A stretch of DNA of 64,000 nucleotides from positions 21,824 through 85,823 of the forward strand of contig JAFKKO010000117.1 in assembly GCA_017305455.1 (NCBI GenBank), in the 5' to 3' direction. This DNA is from Hyphomicrobiales bacterium. Lineage in GTDB: Bacteria > Pseudomonadota > Alphaproteobacteria > Rhizobiales > Xanthobacteraceae. A program made the position numbers and the translations under genes. Below are positions 46,875 through 58,622 of the stretch, piece by piece (positions within the stretch are counted from its first letter, which is position 1; each line of letters starts with the position of its first letter). The notes under the pieces were generated by a model. It worked only from the letters and a program-made list of their open reading frames with translations, ran no database searches and was not told the DNA's origin.

Positions 46875-47572
46875 ATGAAAGCCGCCGTTCTCGTCTTCCC
46901 CGGCATCAACCGTGAGCGCGACATGGCGCGCACCTTGAAGCTCGTCTCCGGCACCGAGCCCGCGATGGTCTGGCACGCCGAGACCGAACTGCCGAAGGGC
47001 ACCGATCTCGTCGTCATTCCCGGCGGCTTCTCCTATGGCGATTATCTGCGCTGTGGCGCCATCGCCGCGCGCGCGCCGGTGATGGATGCGGTGCGCGCCC
47101 ATGCCGCCAAAGGCGGCCTTGTGCTCGGCGTCTGCAACGGCTTCCAGATCCTGTGCGAGAGCGCCCTGCTGCCGGGCGTGCTGATGCGCAACGCCAGGCT
47201 GAAATTCATCTGCCGCGACGTGCACCTGCGTGTCGAGCGCTCCGATACGCCGTTTACCCGCGGCTACAATGCCGGGCAGGTGATCCGCGTGCCGGTCGCG
47301 CATGGCGAGGGCAACTACGCCGCCGACGAGGACACCATCCGCCGCCTCGAAGGCGAGGGCCGCGTGCTCTATCGCTACTGCTCGCCGGCCGGCGAGGTCG
47401 GCGACACCCACAACATCAACGGCGCCGCCGCCTCGATCGCCGGCATCGTGAATGAGAAAGGCAACGTGCTCGGCATGATGCCGCATCCCGAAAACCATGT
47501 CGAAGAGATCATGGGCTGCACCGACGGCCGCGGCCTGTTCGCGGGCCTTGCCGCCCATCTGGAGCGCGCGGC

Positions 47573-47576
<4 letters not shown>
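46875..47576 (+). CDS. purQ: FGAM synthase glutaminase subunit PurQ
   Basis: It has [10 protein letters not shown] and the catalytic Cys in [12 protein letters not shown] lies near the C-terminus. Confidence 0.96.
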
Positions 47577-49792
<2,216 letters not shown>

Positions 49793-49793
49793 A

Positions 49794-50921
49794 TCAAAGC
49801 ACCCGCCGCGCGCCGGGGATTTGCAACAGCAACAGCGTGGCGGCCCAGCTTGCGCAAAGGCCGCCCGCGAAGGCGATGCCGGCCTTGGCGAAGGGCGACA
49901 TCTCCACCGGCAGCAGCCAGTGCTGCAGCCACAGCACCGGCACGTAATGGACAAGGAAGATGCCGTAGGCGGCGGGCCGCATGGCGTCGAGCAGTCCGCT
50001 GCCGCGGCGATCGAAGCGGATGAACCAGGCGAGAATGGCGAAGGCCATCGCCGCGCTGAACAGCGCGAAAGCGAGGCTGTAGGCAATCTGCGACCAGAGC
50101 GGCAGCACGTCCGGATTGGGCATCGCCACGCGGCGGTCATAAGCCAGCACGGCCAGCAGCCCGTAGGCGATCAGTGCCAGCGCCGCCCAGCGCGGCCAGT
50201 GTTTTGCGAGATGCCCGCCGGCGGCGAGAATACCGTCCCCGATCCGCGCGAGACCGATCCCCGCGCCGAAGAAGAAATAGCTCATGTAGAGAAATATCCG
50301 GCTCGCCTGTACGTCGAAGGGGCCGACCCCGAACCATCGGGCCGGACCGAAGGCAAGTCGCATTGGCACGTAGGCTGCCGCGGTTACGGCCAGGAATGCG
50401 GCGAATACCAGCGCCGGCCGCGCGAAACCGATCTGCGAGAGTCGGTTGACCGGCATCAGCGCGTTCGGCGCGAGGCGATAGAGCAACGCGGCGAGCAGGT
50501 CGAAAACCAGCAGCACCCAGACGAACCACACCGGGCCGCTCGGCCATGGCCCGGCCGTGACGGTCTTCCACCAATAGGCCGCAAGGCTGGCGCCGGGTTT
50601 GTCGATCTCCATGGCGTAATAAGCCAGCGGCATCAGAAAAAGCGCCGCCACCGCGAAGGGAAGCCCGAGCCGCAGCAGCCGTTCGCGCAGGAATTCGGCT
50701 GGCGTGCGGCGTTGCAGGCTCGGCCAGACGAACAGTCCCGAGAGGAAGAAGAACAGCGCCATGAAGAAGCTGTCGGTCGCAAGGACGATGCCGTCGAACC
50801 CGATCCAGGTGTCGGGGTCGGCCTTGCCATAATAGGTGTAGGGGATCACCGCGTGATGGATGACCACAAGGACGGTCATGGCGGTCCGGGTCCGGTCGAG
50901 GGCGGCGTTGCGTGCGGACAT
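49794..50921 (-). CDS. Acyltransferase-3 family membrane protein
   Basis: Polytopic protein with the N-terminal LDRTRTAMTVLVVIHHAVIPY motif of acyltransferase family 3. ATG 50921 with GGAG 8 nt upstream is preferred over the listed 50966. Confidence 0.8.
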   Translation of the reverse strand: MSARNAALDRTRTAMTVLVVIHHAVIPYTYYGKADPDTWIGFDGIVLATDSFFMALFFFLSGLFVWPSLQRRTPAEFLRERLLRLGLPFAVAALFLMPLAYYAMEIDKPGASLAAYWWKTVTAGPWPSGPVWFVWVLLVFDLLAALLYRLAPNALMPVNRLSQIGFARPALVFAAFLAVTAAAYVPMRLAFGPARWFGVGPFDVQASRIFLYMSYFFFGAGIGLARIGDGILAAGGHLAKHWPRWAALALIAYGLLAVLAYDRRVAMPNPDVLPLWSQIAYSLAFALFSAAMAFAILAWFIRFDRRGSGLLDAMRPAAYGIFLVHYVPVLWLQHWLLPVEMSPFAKAGIAFAGGLCASWAATLLLLQIPGARRVL

Positions 50922-51085
50922 CGGAACAGCTCCGGGGATTTTGATCGACGATGGCCATTTTGCCATGCGATAGAGGCGGGAGAATGCTGCGGGGATAGCC
51001 GCTGGCGGTGGATGCAGTGGCCGCCAGAATCTGCTATAATTGCAGGACTTTTAGAGCCGATGGCCATGCCGAAAGGAGACGACAA

Positions 51086-51322
51086 ATGCCCATGGACGCC
51101 CGGGAGATCGAAACCCTCATCAAGGAGGGGATTCCCGACGCGAGCGTCGAAATCCGCGACCTGGCGGGTGACGGCAATCATTATGCCGCAACGGTGATCT
51201 CGGAATCCTTCCGCGGCAAGTCGCGCGTCCAGCAGCATCAGATCGTGTACCAGTCGCTGAAGGGTCAGATGGGCGGCGTGTTGCACGCGCTGGCGCTGCA
51301 GACCGGCGTGCCGGACGCCTGA
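51086..51322 (+). CDS. BolA-family protein
   Basis: 78 aa: ...VEIRDLAGDGNHYAATVISESFRGKSRVQQHQIVYQSL... is the BolA fold signature. AAAGGAG precedes ATG 51086. Confidence 0.88.
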   Translation: MPMDAREIETLIKEGIPDASVEIRDLAGDGNHYAATVISESFRGKSRVQQHQIVYQSLKGQMGGVLHALALQTGVPDA

Positions 51323-51338
51323 GCGCCGGGGCGGTCCG

Positions 51339-52526
51339 GTGACGCGCCATAAGAGGGGAGCGCTGCTGCGAAAGCGCGCCCCGCATCAGCATCACCGCGT
51401 CACCTATGCCGAGCTGTTCTTCGATCTCGTCTTCGTCTTCGCGATCACCCAGCTCTCCCACACCATGCTGGCCCATTTCACGCCGCTTGGCGTGCTGCAG
51501 ACCGCGATCCTGTTTTTCGCGGTCTGGTGGGTCTGGATCTACACCTCCTGGATCACCAACTGGCTCGACCCGGACCGCACCCCGGTCCGGGTCATGCTGT
51601 TCGCGCTGATGATCGCGGGCTTGTTGCTCTCGACGTCGATCCCGAAAGCTTTCGACACCCGCGGCCTTGCCTTCGCGCTGGCCTTCGTCGGCATGCAGGT
51701 TGGCCGCTCGGTGTTCTCGGCGCTGTCGATCCCGGTCTCGGAGCCGGCGCTGCGGATGAATCTGTGGCGCATCGCGGCGTGGCTGACATGCAGCGGCGTG
51801 TTCTGGATCGCCGGCGGCCTCTCCGAAGGGAATGCGCGGGCCACGCTGTGGATCGTCGCTCTGCTGATCGAATATGCCGGGCCGGCAATGGGCTTTCGCG
51901 TGCCGGGTCTTGGCGCGTCCTCGACACGGGACTGGGACGTCGAGGGTGGCCACATGGCGGAGCGCTGCGCGCTCTTCATCATCATCGTGCTCGGCGAATC
52001 CATCGTCGTTACCGGTGCGACCTTTGCTGAAACGCAGTGGAGCGCCACCACCATCGCGGCCTTTATCGTGGCACTGCTCGGCAGCATCGCGATGTGGTGG
52101 GTCTATTTCCACATCGGCGCCGAAGCCGGGTCGGAAGAAATCTCGCACACGAAGGATGCCGGCCGTCTGGCGCGTCTGGCCTACACCTATCTGCATCTGC
52201 CGATTGTCGCCGGCATCGTGGTCTCGGCGGTGGGCGACGAATTGTTGCTGACGCATGCCGACGGCCATGTCGACGGCAAGGCGATCATCGGCATGATCGG
52301 CGGGCCGCTGCTGTTTCTGATCGGCACCATCCTGTTCAAGCGCAGCATTCGCGGTCACCTGCAATTGTCGCATCTGGTCGGCATCGGACTGTTGCTGCTG
52401 CTTATTCCTGTTGCTTATCATCTCACGCCGCTATCGCTGTCGGCGGCGGCCACCGCGATCATGCTGATCGTCGCGGCTTGGGAGGCAATCTCGCTGCGGG
52501 GCGAGAGCGCCGCGTCGCAAGCGTGA
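51339..52526 (+). CDS. LtrA (low temperature requirement A)-family membrane protein
   Basis: RVTYAELFFDLVFVFAITQLSH followed by ~10 TM segments is typical of LtrA. The start is GTG. Confidence 0.8.
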   Translation: MTRHKRGALLRKRAPHQHHRVTYAELFFDLVFVFAITQLSHTMLAHFTPLGVLQTAILFFAVWWVWIYTSWITNWLDPDRTPVRVMLFALMIAGLLLSTSIPKAFDTRGLAFALAFVGMQVGRSVFSALSIPVSEPALRMNLWRIAAWLTCSGVFWIAGGLSEGNARATLWIVALLIEYAGPAMGFRVPGLGASSTRDWDVEGGHMAERCALFIIIVLGESIVVTGATFAETQWSATTIAAFIVALLGSIAMWWVYFHIGAEAGSEEISHTKDAGRLARLAYTYLHLPIVAGIVVSAVGDELLLTHADGHVDGKAIIGMIGGPLLFLIGTILFKRSIRGHLQLSHLVGIGLLLLLIPVAYHLTPLSLSAAATAIMLIVAAWEAISLRGESAASQA

Positions 52527-52535
52527 GCGGCGGCT

Positions 52536-53507
52536 TTACTCTTTCGCCAGCAGCGCCTGCACCGAGAACAGTCCGTCGGGATCGATCCATGTTTCGCGCG
52601 GCGTCCAGCCCGCGTCGCGCGCCAGGGCCTGGAAGCGTTCGACGCTGTATTTGTAGCTGCTCTCGGTGTGGATGCTTTCGCCGGCGCGGAAAGCGATGCT
52701 GCGTTCCATGACCCGCACCGTCTGCGCCTTGCGGCTGATCAGATGCATCTCGATGCGGTGGCGCTCGCGATTGTAGATCGCGCGATGGGTGAAGGTCGAT
52801 AGCTCGAAATGGCCGTCCAGCTCGTGGTTGATGCGCTCCAGCAGATTGAGGTTGAATTTTGCGGTGATGCCGGCTGCATCGTTATAGGCGGCGCGCAGAA
52901 CGTGCTCGTCCTTTTCAAGATCGACGCCGACGATCAGTGTGGACCCCGTCCCGAGAATCTCGCGCGCGCCGCGCAGGAACGCACTCGCCTCTTGCGGTTC
53001 GAAATTGCCGATGGTCGAGCCGGGAAAGAACCCGACCTTCGGCAGGTTCTGCACGGCGCGGGGCAGGTTGAACGGCGCGGTGAAGTCGGCGACCACGGGA
53101 TGCACCGCCAGATCGGGAAAGTCGGCGCGCAGCGCGGTCGCCTGACCGTTGAGAAAGGCGCCGGAAATATCCACCGGCACGTAAGCGCCGATCCTGCACT
53201 GCGCGAGCAGCAGCCGCACCTTGGTCGTGGCGCCGGCGCCGAATTCGATCAGCGCGGCATCCGGCGGCATGATCCGCGCGATCTCCTGACCATGATCGCG
53301 CAGCATGCCAAGTTCGGTGCGGGTCGGATAATATTCCGGCAGGCGCGTGATCTCTTCGAACAGGCGCGAGCCGGTCTCGTCATAGAAATATTTCGGCGGC
53401 AGTTGCTTGGGCTGCCGCGTCAGCCCCGCGATCACGTCGGCGGCGAAGGCGTCGTGTGCATTTTCAGGTCGGGATCTGGCGGGCCGCGAGGCAACATGAA
53501 TGTTCAT
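52536..53507 (-). CDS. egtD: L-histidine N-alpha-methyltransferase (ergothioneine pathway EgtD)
   Basis: FAADVIAGLTRQPKQLPPKYFYDETGSRLFEEITRLPEYYPTRTE...EFGAGATTK are EgtD hallmarks. Confidence 0.88.
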   Translation of the reverse strand: MNIHVASRPARSRPENAHDAFAADVIAGLTRQPKQLPPKYFYDETGSRLFEEITRLPEYYPTRTELGMLRDHGQEIARIMPPDAALIEFGAGATTKVRLLLAQCRIGAYVPVDISGAFLNGQATALRADFPDLAVHPVVADFTAPFNLPRAVQNLPKVGFFPGSTIGNFEPQEASAFLRGAREILGTGSTLIVGVDLEKDEHVLRAAYNDAAGITAKFNLNLLERINHELDGHFELSTFTHRAIYNRERHRIEMHLISRKAQTVRVMERSIAFRAGESIHTESSYKYSVERFQALARDAGWTPRETWIDPDGLFSVQALLAKE

Positions 53508-53557
53508 GTGGAGTCCATGTTGAGTTCATACTGAATTAATGAGGGGTTCCGCCCGCC

Positions 53558-54805
53558 TCATGCAGGGTAATCCGCCAGCCGCAGTCCGGTGAACTGCCAG
53601 CGGTGATGCGGATAGAAGAAGTTGCGATAGGTGACGCGGCTGTGGCCTTCGGGCGTCGCCAGCGACGAGCCGCGCAGCACGTACTGATTGACCATGAACT
53701 TGCCGTTGTATTCGCCGAGCGCGCCTTCGATGGCGCGATAGCCGGGGTAGGGCGCGTAGGCGCTGCGCGTCCATTGCCAGACGATGCCGAAAGCATCATT
53801 GAGCAAGTCGGCACGCGCCGCGACTTCCCATTCCATCTCGGTCGGCAGATGCTTGCCGCTCCAGCGCGCGAAGGCATCGGCCTCGTAATAGCTGACGTGA
53901 CACACCGGCGCGTCCGGATCGACTGGAACGAGACCGGCAAGCGTCATGATGCGCCATTCGCCGTCGATGTTGCGCCAGTGGCCCGGCGCATCCCAGCCTT
54001 CTCTCTCGACGGCGGCGAAGCCGTCCATCAGCCATAGCGTCGGCTTGCGATAGCCGCCGTCATTCATGAAGGCGAGCCATTCGGCATTAGTGACGAGGTT
54101 GCGCGCAAGCTTCACGGGGCCGACAAGAGCGCGGTGCGCCGGCTTTTCATTGTCGAAATGGAAGCTATCGTCCTGATGCCCGATGGTGTGAATGCCTTCG
54201 GTCAGCGTCGTCCACGCATCGCCGGAGTTGTGCGCCGACGGCCAGCGCCATGCCGTATCGTAGGCCGGCGGAATCGGATTCTGCGCGAAGGCGTGCAGGA
54301 TGTCGGTCAGCATCAGTTCCTGATGCTGCTGCTCGTGATTGAAGCCGACCTCCATCAGCGGAGCGATGGCGCGCAGCTTCTCCTGCGGTGCATCCTGCAG
54401 AAAAGCCGCCATCGCGGCGTCGACATAGCGGCGATAGGCGGTGACTTTCTCGGCACCGGGACGGGTGAGGTGGCCGCGTTGCGCGCGCGCATGTCGCGGT
54501 CCGGCGCTGACGTAGTAGGAATTGAACAGATAGGCATAGTCGGGATGAAACGGCTTGTAGCCTTCAACATGCTCGCCGAGCACGAACTGCTCGAAGAACC
54601 ATGTGGTGTGAGCGCGGTGCCATTTCGCCGGGCTTGCATCCGGCATCGACTGGATCAACTGGTCTTCCGGTGACAGCGGCGCCGCGCGCCGCTCGGTCTC
54701 TTCGCGCACGCGCCGATAGGCCGCGCGCAGGGCATCGGACAAACCCGTTTGCGATGCTGGGAATTTTGACTGGGGGCCTGCCGGCACGGCCGCTGGTTTC
54801 GTCAC
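53558..54805 (-). CDS. egtB: Ergothioneine biosynthesis sulfoxide synthase EgtB (DinB_2 + FGE-sulfatase domains)
   Basis: It has the N-terminal DinB-like metal motif WHRAHTTWFFE...NHEQQHQELM and a C-terminal FGE-like WQWTRSAYAPYPGY...RGSSLATP. It lies directly upstream of egtD. Confidence 0.88.
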   Translation of the reverse strand: MTKPAAVPAGPQSKFPASQTGLSDALRAAYRRVREETERRAAPLSPEDQLIQSMPDASPAKWHRAHTTWFFEQFVLGEHVEGYKPFHPDYAYLFNSYYVSAGPRHARAQRGHLTRPGAEKVTAYRRYVDAAMAAFLQDAPQEKLRAIAPLMEVGFNHEQQHQELMLTDILHAFAQNPIPPAYDTAWRWPSAHNSGDAWTTLTEGIHTIGHQDDSFHFDNEKPAHRALVGPVKLARNLVTNAEWLAFMNDGGYRKPTLWLMDGFAAVEREGWDAPGHWRNIDGEWRIMTLAGLVPVDPDAPVCHVSYYEADAFARWSGKHLPTEMEWEVAARADLLNDAFGIVWQWTRSAYAPYPGYRAIEGALGEYNGKFMVNQYVLRGSSLATPEGHSRVTYRNFFYPHHRWQFTGLRLADYPA

Positions 54806-55105
54806 AGAACTCTCCGGTTTGGCAGGACAACGGTTTTGCGACGCAACCGTTCCGGAGAATTTGGGTTCATGTGCGGGGGGGCGGGCGAAAGATCGGGAAC
54901 GATCGGGGTGGACGGAGCCAGCCGCTTTCGCCGTGGGCCGGAATCGACCCGAAACCGGGAAAATGCGGTCAAAAAGCCGCCTGATGCGGAATTGAATTGA
55001 TTGGGATGCGGAACCGTTTACGGATACATATATGCCCGAAGCGGTCGCCCGAACGCGGATAATCGCCGCCCTGTCGCCGAGGATGAGGCCTTAAAGGACA
55101 AGACT

Positions 55106-55441
55106 ATGAGCATCCAGCAATTCATCGAATCGGAAGTGAAGTCCAATGACGTCGTGCTGTTCATGAAGGGCAGCCCGCAATTCCCGCAATGCGGCTTTTC
55201 CGGCCAGGTGGTCCAGATCCTCGACCATATCGGCGTGCCGTATAAGGGCCTGAACGTGCTGGAGTCGGCCGAGCTGCGCGACGGCATCAAGCAATATTCC
55301 AATTGGCCGACCATTCCCCAGCTCTACGTCAAGGGCGAGTTCATCGGCGGTTGCGACATCGTGCGCGAGATGTTCCAGGCCGGCGAGTTGCAGAAGCTCA
55401 TGACCGACAACGGCATTCAGGTTCAGCAGGCCGCCGGCTGA
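55106..55441 (+). CDS. grxD: Monothiol (Grx4-type) glutaredoxin
   Basis: [19 protein letters not shown]...[19 protein letters not shown] carries the CGFS active site. Confidence 0.95.
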   Translation: MSIQQFIESEVKSNDVVLFMKGSPQFPQCGFSGQVVQILDHIGVPYKGLNVLESAELRDGIKQYSNWPTIPQLYVKGEFIGGCDIVREMFQAGELQKLMTDNGIQVQQAAG

Positions 55442-55473
55442 CCCGCCGACGTCTGACGATCTGGTTTTGAGAC

Positions 55474-55517
55474 AAGCGGCCGGCACCGCGAGAGCGGTGC
55501 CGGCCGCTTGTTTTTTG
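55474..55517 (+). terminator. Intrinsic terminator after grxD
   Basis: 16-bp perfect stem aagcggccggcaccgc/gcggtgccggccgctt with loop gaga, followed by gttttttg. Confidence 0.9.
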
Positions 55518-55551
55518 CGTGATGGGCATCATCGGTATCGACCCGACAAAG

Positions 55552-55580
55552 CAAAAAAGCCGCCCCGAAGGGCGGCTTTG
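55552..55580 (-). terminator. Intrinsic terminator after rpsD
   Basis: The minus strand reads aagccgccc-ttcg-gggcggctt followed by ttttgc, 23 nt after the rpsD stop. Confidence 0.85.
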
Positions 55581-55602
55581 CTGTCTGCTCTCGGCTGAAA
55601 AA

Positions 55603-56220
55603 TCAGCGCGAATAGAATTCGATGATCAGGTGCGGTTCCATCTGCACCGGGAACGGCACTTCCGACAGGTTCGGCACGCGGACGAACTTCGCCGTCTGCT
55701 TGCCGTGGTCGACTTCAAGGAAGTCCGGGGTGTCGCGCTCGGCAAGCTGGTTGGCCTCGAGCACCAGAGCGAGCTGCTTGGAGGCGTCCTTCACCTCGAT
55801 CACGTCGCCGACCTTCACCTTGTAGCTGGCGATGTTGACGCGCTTGCCGTTGACCTTGATGTGGCCGTGGTTGATGAACTGGCGCGCCGCGAACATGGTC
55901 GGCACGAACTTGGCGCGATAGACCACGGCGTCGAGGCGACGCTCGAGCAGGCCGATCAGGTTCTCGCCCGAGTCGCCCTTGAGGCGGGTCGCCTCGACGT
56001 ACACGGCGTAGAACTGACGCTCGGAAATGTTGGCGTAATAGCCCTTGAGCTTCTGCTTGGCGCGGAGCTGGGTGCCGAAGTCGGAGAGCTTGCCCTTGCG
56101 GCGCTGGCCGTGCTGGCCCGGGCCGTATTCACGCTTGTTGACGGGGCTCTTCGGGCGGCCCCAGATGTTCTGGCCCATACGGCGATCGATTTTATACTTC
56201 GCCTCACTACGCTTAGTCAT
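55603..56220 (-). CDS. rpsD: 30S ribosomal protein S4
   Basis: [49 protein letters not shown]... The start is moved from the listed 56340 to ATG 56220. Confidence 0.97.
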   Translation of the reverse strand: MTKRSEAKYKIDRRMGQNIWGRPKSPVNKREYGPGQHGQRRKGKLSDFGTQLRAKQKLKGYYANISERQFYAVYVEATRLKGDSGENLIGLLERRLDAVVYRAKFVPTMFAARQFINHGHIKVNGKRVNIASYKVKVGDVIEVKDASKQLALVLEANQLAERDTPDFLEVDHGKQTAKFVRVPNLSEVPFPVQMEPHLIIEFYSR

Positions 56221-56497
56221 CGCGTCCTCTTTGCGGTTCGAGTTTGAGGAAACGCGCCCTCCTTCGCAGCGGGAAGATCCCGATGCTGACAGGTCCATCC
56301 CATAAGCTTGATGGAAGGGACCGCGGGTCGCGAAACACATCGCGGGCCGAAAGCGGCCCGCGAACGAGGCTGTTGATAGGGAAATAGCGCCGATATGTCA
56401 AACAGATCGGGGCTTTTTGGCCGGATTTTTGCGAGCTCGCGAACGCCCGGTCTCGCGCCATCCGGCGTGTAAATGACCAGTAATTTGAAAGGCTTGC

Positions 56498-57298
56498 TCA
56501 GGCCGGGGTCAGCGCGGCCGCGCCGAAGAAGGGCTTGAGCGCCCCATTCAGCTCCGAGGAGGCCTTGCCCGAGGTGAAGATCATCCGCGCCGGAGCCGGG
56601 CTGATGTCGGCGGCCTTCGGGCCTGCGAGGTCCACCACGCGCCGGGCGATGGCGGGGGCGGGGTCGATCCAGTCCACCGGCCAGGGCGCCAGCCGCTGGA
56701 TCTGGCCCAGCAGCAGCGGGTAATGCGTGCAGGCCAGCACTACGGTGTCGGTCCGGGTCGCGGCATCGTCGCCGACAAAGCATGGCGCGATCTCGGCCGC
56801 GATCGCCGCGTCGCTGACGGCCTCGCCGCGCAGCGCCGCTTCGGCCAGCGCCGCGAGATGTTCGGAGCCGACCAGCGTGGTTTGGCAGTCACCGGCGAAA
56901 TCCCGGATCAGCGTCCTGGTGTATTCGCGCCGCACGGTGCCGCGGGTGCCGAGCACGGAGACACGCTTGGTTCTGGACGCGGCACAGGCGGGCTTGATCG
57001 CCGGGACGGTGCCGACGAACGGGATCCCATAGGCCTGCCGCAGATGCGCCATTACCAGCGTGGAGGCGGTGTTGCAGGCGATCACGGCAAGGTCGGGTTT
57101 ATGGGTGGCGATCAGGTCGCCGATCAGCGGCACCACCCGCGCGATGATCTCGTCCTCGGTGTGCTGTCCATAAGGAAAGAATGCATCGTCCGCGACATAG
57201 GTATAGGCGGCGTCCGGGCGGGCGCTAACGATTTCGCGCAGCACCGTGAGGCCACCGAGGCCGGAGTCGAAAACGAGAATGGCGGGTCCGTGGGGCAC
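56498..57298 (-). CDS. murI: Glutamate racemase
   Basis: FDSGLGGLTV, IACNTAS and ACTHYPLL are the catalytic Cys motifs. Confidence 0.95.
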   Translation of the reverse strand: MPHGPAILVFDSGLGGLTVLREIVSARPDAAYTYVADDAFFPYGQHTEDEIIARVVPLIGDLIATHKPDLAVIACNTASTLVMAHLRQAYGIPFVGTVPAIKPACAASRTKRVSVLGTRGTVRREYTRTLIRDFAGDCQTTLVGSEHLAALAEAALRGEAVSDAAIAAEIAPCFVGDDAATRTDTVVLACTHYPLLLGQIQRLAPWPVDWIDPAPAIARRVVDLAGPKAADISPAPARMIFTSGKASSELNGALKPFFGAAALTPA

Positions 57299-57485
57299 TT
57301 GGCGAGTATAGTTGACAGCCGGTTAGCAATATCTTGCGGGACCGGTTGCGAGGAAGCGGGGCCGCGCATGCCAGCTATAAGGCTGATTGGAACAATTCCA
57401 AGGCAAGTCCGAGGCCGAATCCTTGCTGGCCTTTGTCTTCTGTGGCTTTTCGGAGCGAGGGACTGACAAACATCCGGGCAAGACA

Positions 57486-58037
57486 ATGTTGAAGAATACC
57501 GAGCGGTCATGGGGCGCGGTATCGCGCGCGCTGCACTGGCTGCTGGCCCTGGCCATTCTGGGGCTGCTGGCCTACGGCTGGTGGATGAACCACGTTCCCG
57601 CTCGCGCGGACCGGTTCTTTCATCGCTCGATTCATGCCAACATCGGCTATCTCGTATTGCTTCTGATGGTGCTGCGGGTGATCTGGGTGGTGGTCAACCC
57701 GAAGCCTGCGCTGCCCGCCGGCACGCCGAAATGGGAACGGGTGCTGGCCCACGCCAATCAGGGCCTGCTTTATGTGCTGACCATCGTGGTCGCGATGCTG
57801 GGCTGGGCCCATTCCGGCGCGCACAAGCCGACTTACGCCGACTGGTTCGGCCTGTTTCGGGTACCGCAATTCACCAGCCAGAACCGGGCTGCCTCGCGCT
57901 TTTACGAGAACTGGCACATCTATCTTGCTTACGCGCTGTTGGCGCTGATCGTGTTGCATGTAGCAGCCGCGCTCTATCATCGCTTCGTCAAGAAAGACGG
58001 CATGCTGGAGCGGATGGTTGACGGCCGGGCGCAATAG
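57486..58037 (+). CDS. Cytochrome b561-family (CybB-like) membrane protein
   Basis: It has four TM helices with conserved His (SRALHWLLA..., SIHANIGY..., WAHSG..., NWHIYLAY...LHVAAALYH). The start is moved to ATG 57486. Confidence 0.82.
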   Translation: MLKNTERSWGAVSRALHWLLALAILGLLAYGWWMNHVPARADRFFHRSIHANIGYLVLLLMVLRVIWVVVNPKPALPAGTPKWERVLAHANQGLLYVLTIVVAMLGWAHSGAHKPTYADWFGLFRVPQFTSQNRAASRFYENWHIYLAYALLALIVLHVAAALYHRFVKKDGMLERMVDGRAQ

Positions 58038-58048
58038 GCCGCTGCGGC

Positions 58049-58618
58049 TTAAATCCGGTTGAGCAATCGCCCGAGCAGCACCAGCCCCTGCGGCCACAGT
58101 CCGAGCCGCGATGCGCCGTTGAGATGGCCAAGCTCGCCGACATCGCAGAAGCCGGATTCCCAGCTTGCCGCGAAAGCGCTGGCGCGCGCCGTCGTCACAT
58201 AAGGATCGTCGCTGCTGGCAATGACGATCGACGGCACCGGCAGGGCTGTGCGCGGCAGCGGCGCAAAATTGCGGATCGTGTCCGGCGTGTGGTCGGGAGA
58301 TTCAACGTCGGACGGAGCGGCCAGCAGCGCCGCCTTGACCCGTCCCGGCGGGCGCGTCGCCAGCCAGTGCACCGCGAGCGCGACCCCGAGGCTGTGCGCG
58401 ATCAGAACCGCGGGCCGCGTTCCCTGTGCGACGGCGTTGTCGAGCCGCGCCAGCCAGTCCGGCAATTGCGGAGTATCCCAGTCGTTCTGCAGCACACGCG
58501 AGGAGTTGGGAAACGCCATCGACCAGTGCGACTGCCAGTGATCGACCCCGGAATTGCCAAGGCCCGGCAGCAGCAGAAAGTCGAACGCCTCGCAGGACGG
58601 GATCATGAGTCGGACCAA
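58049..58618 (-). CDS. YdeN/RBBP9-type alpha/beta serine hydrolase
   Basis: LLLPGLGNSGVDHWQSHW and the nucleophile elbow AHSLG are present. It lies 4 nt downstream of purB on the same strand. An alternative start is four codons in. Confidence 0.75.
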   Translation of the reverse strand: MVRLMIPSCEAFDFLLLPGLGNSGVDHWQSHWSMAFPNSSRVLQNDWDTPQLPDWLARLDNAVAQGTRPAVLIAHSLGVALAVHWLATRPPGRVKAALLAAPSDVESPDHTPDTIRNFAPLPRTALPVPSIVIASSDDPYVTTARASAFAASWESGFCDVGELGHLNGASRLGLWPQGLVLLGRLLNRI

Positions 58619-58622
58619 TGCG

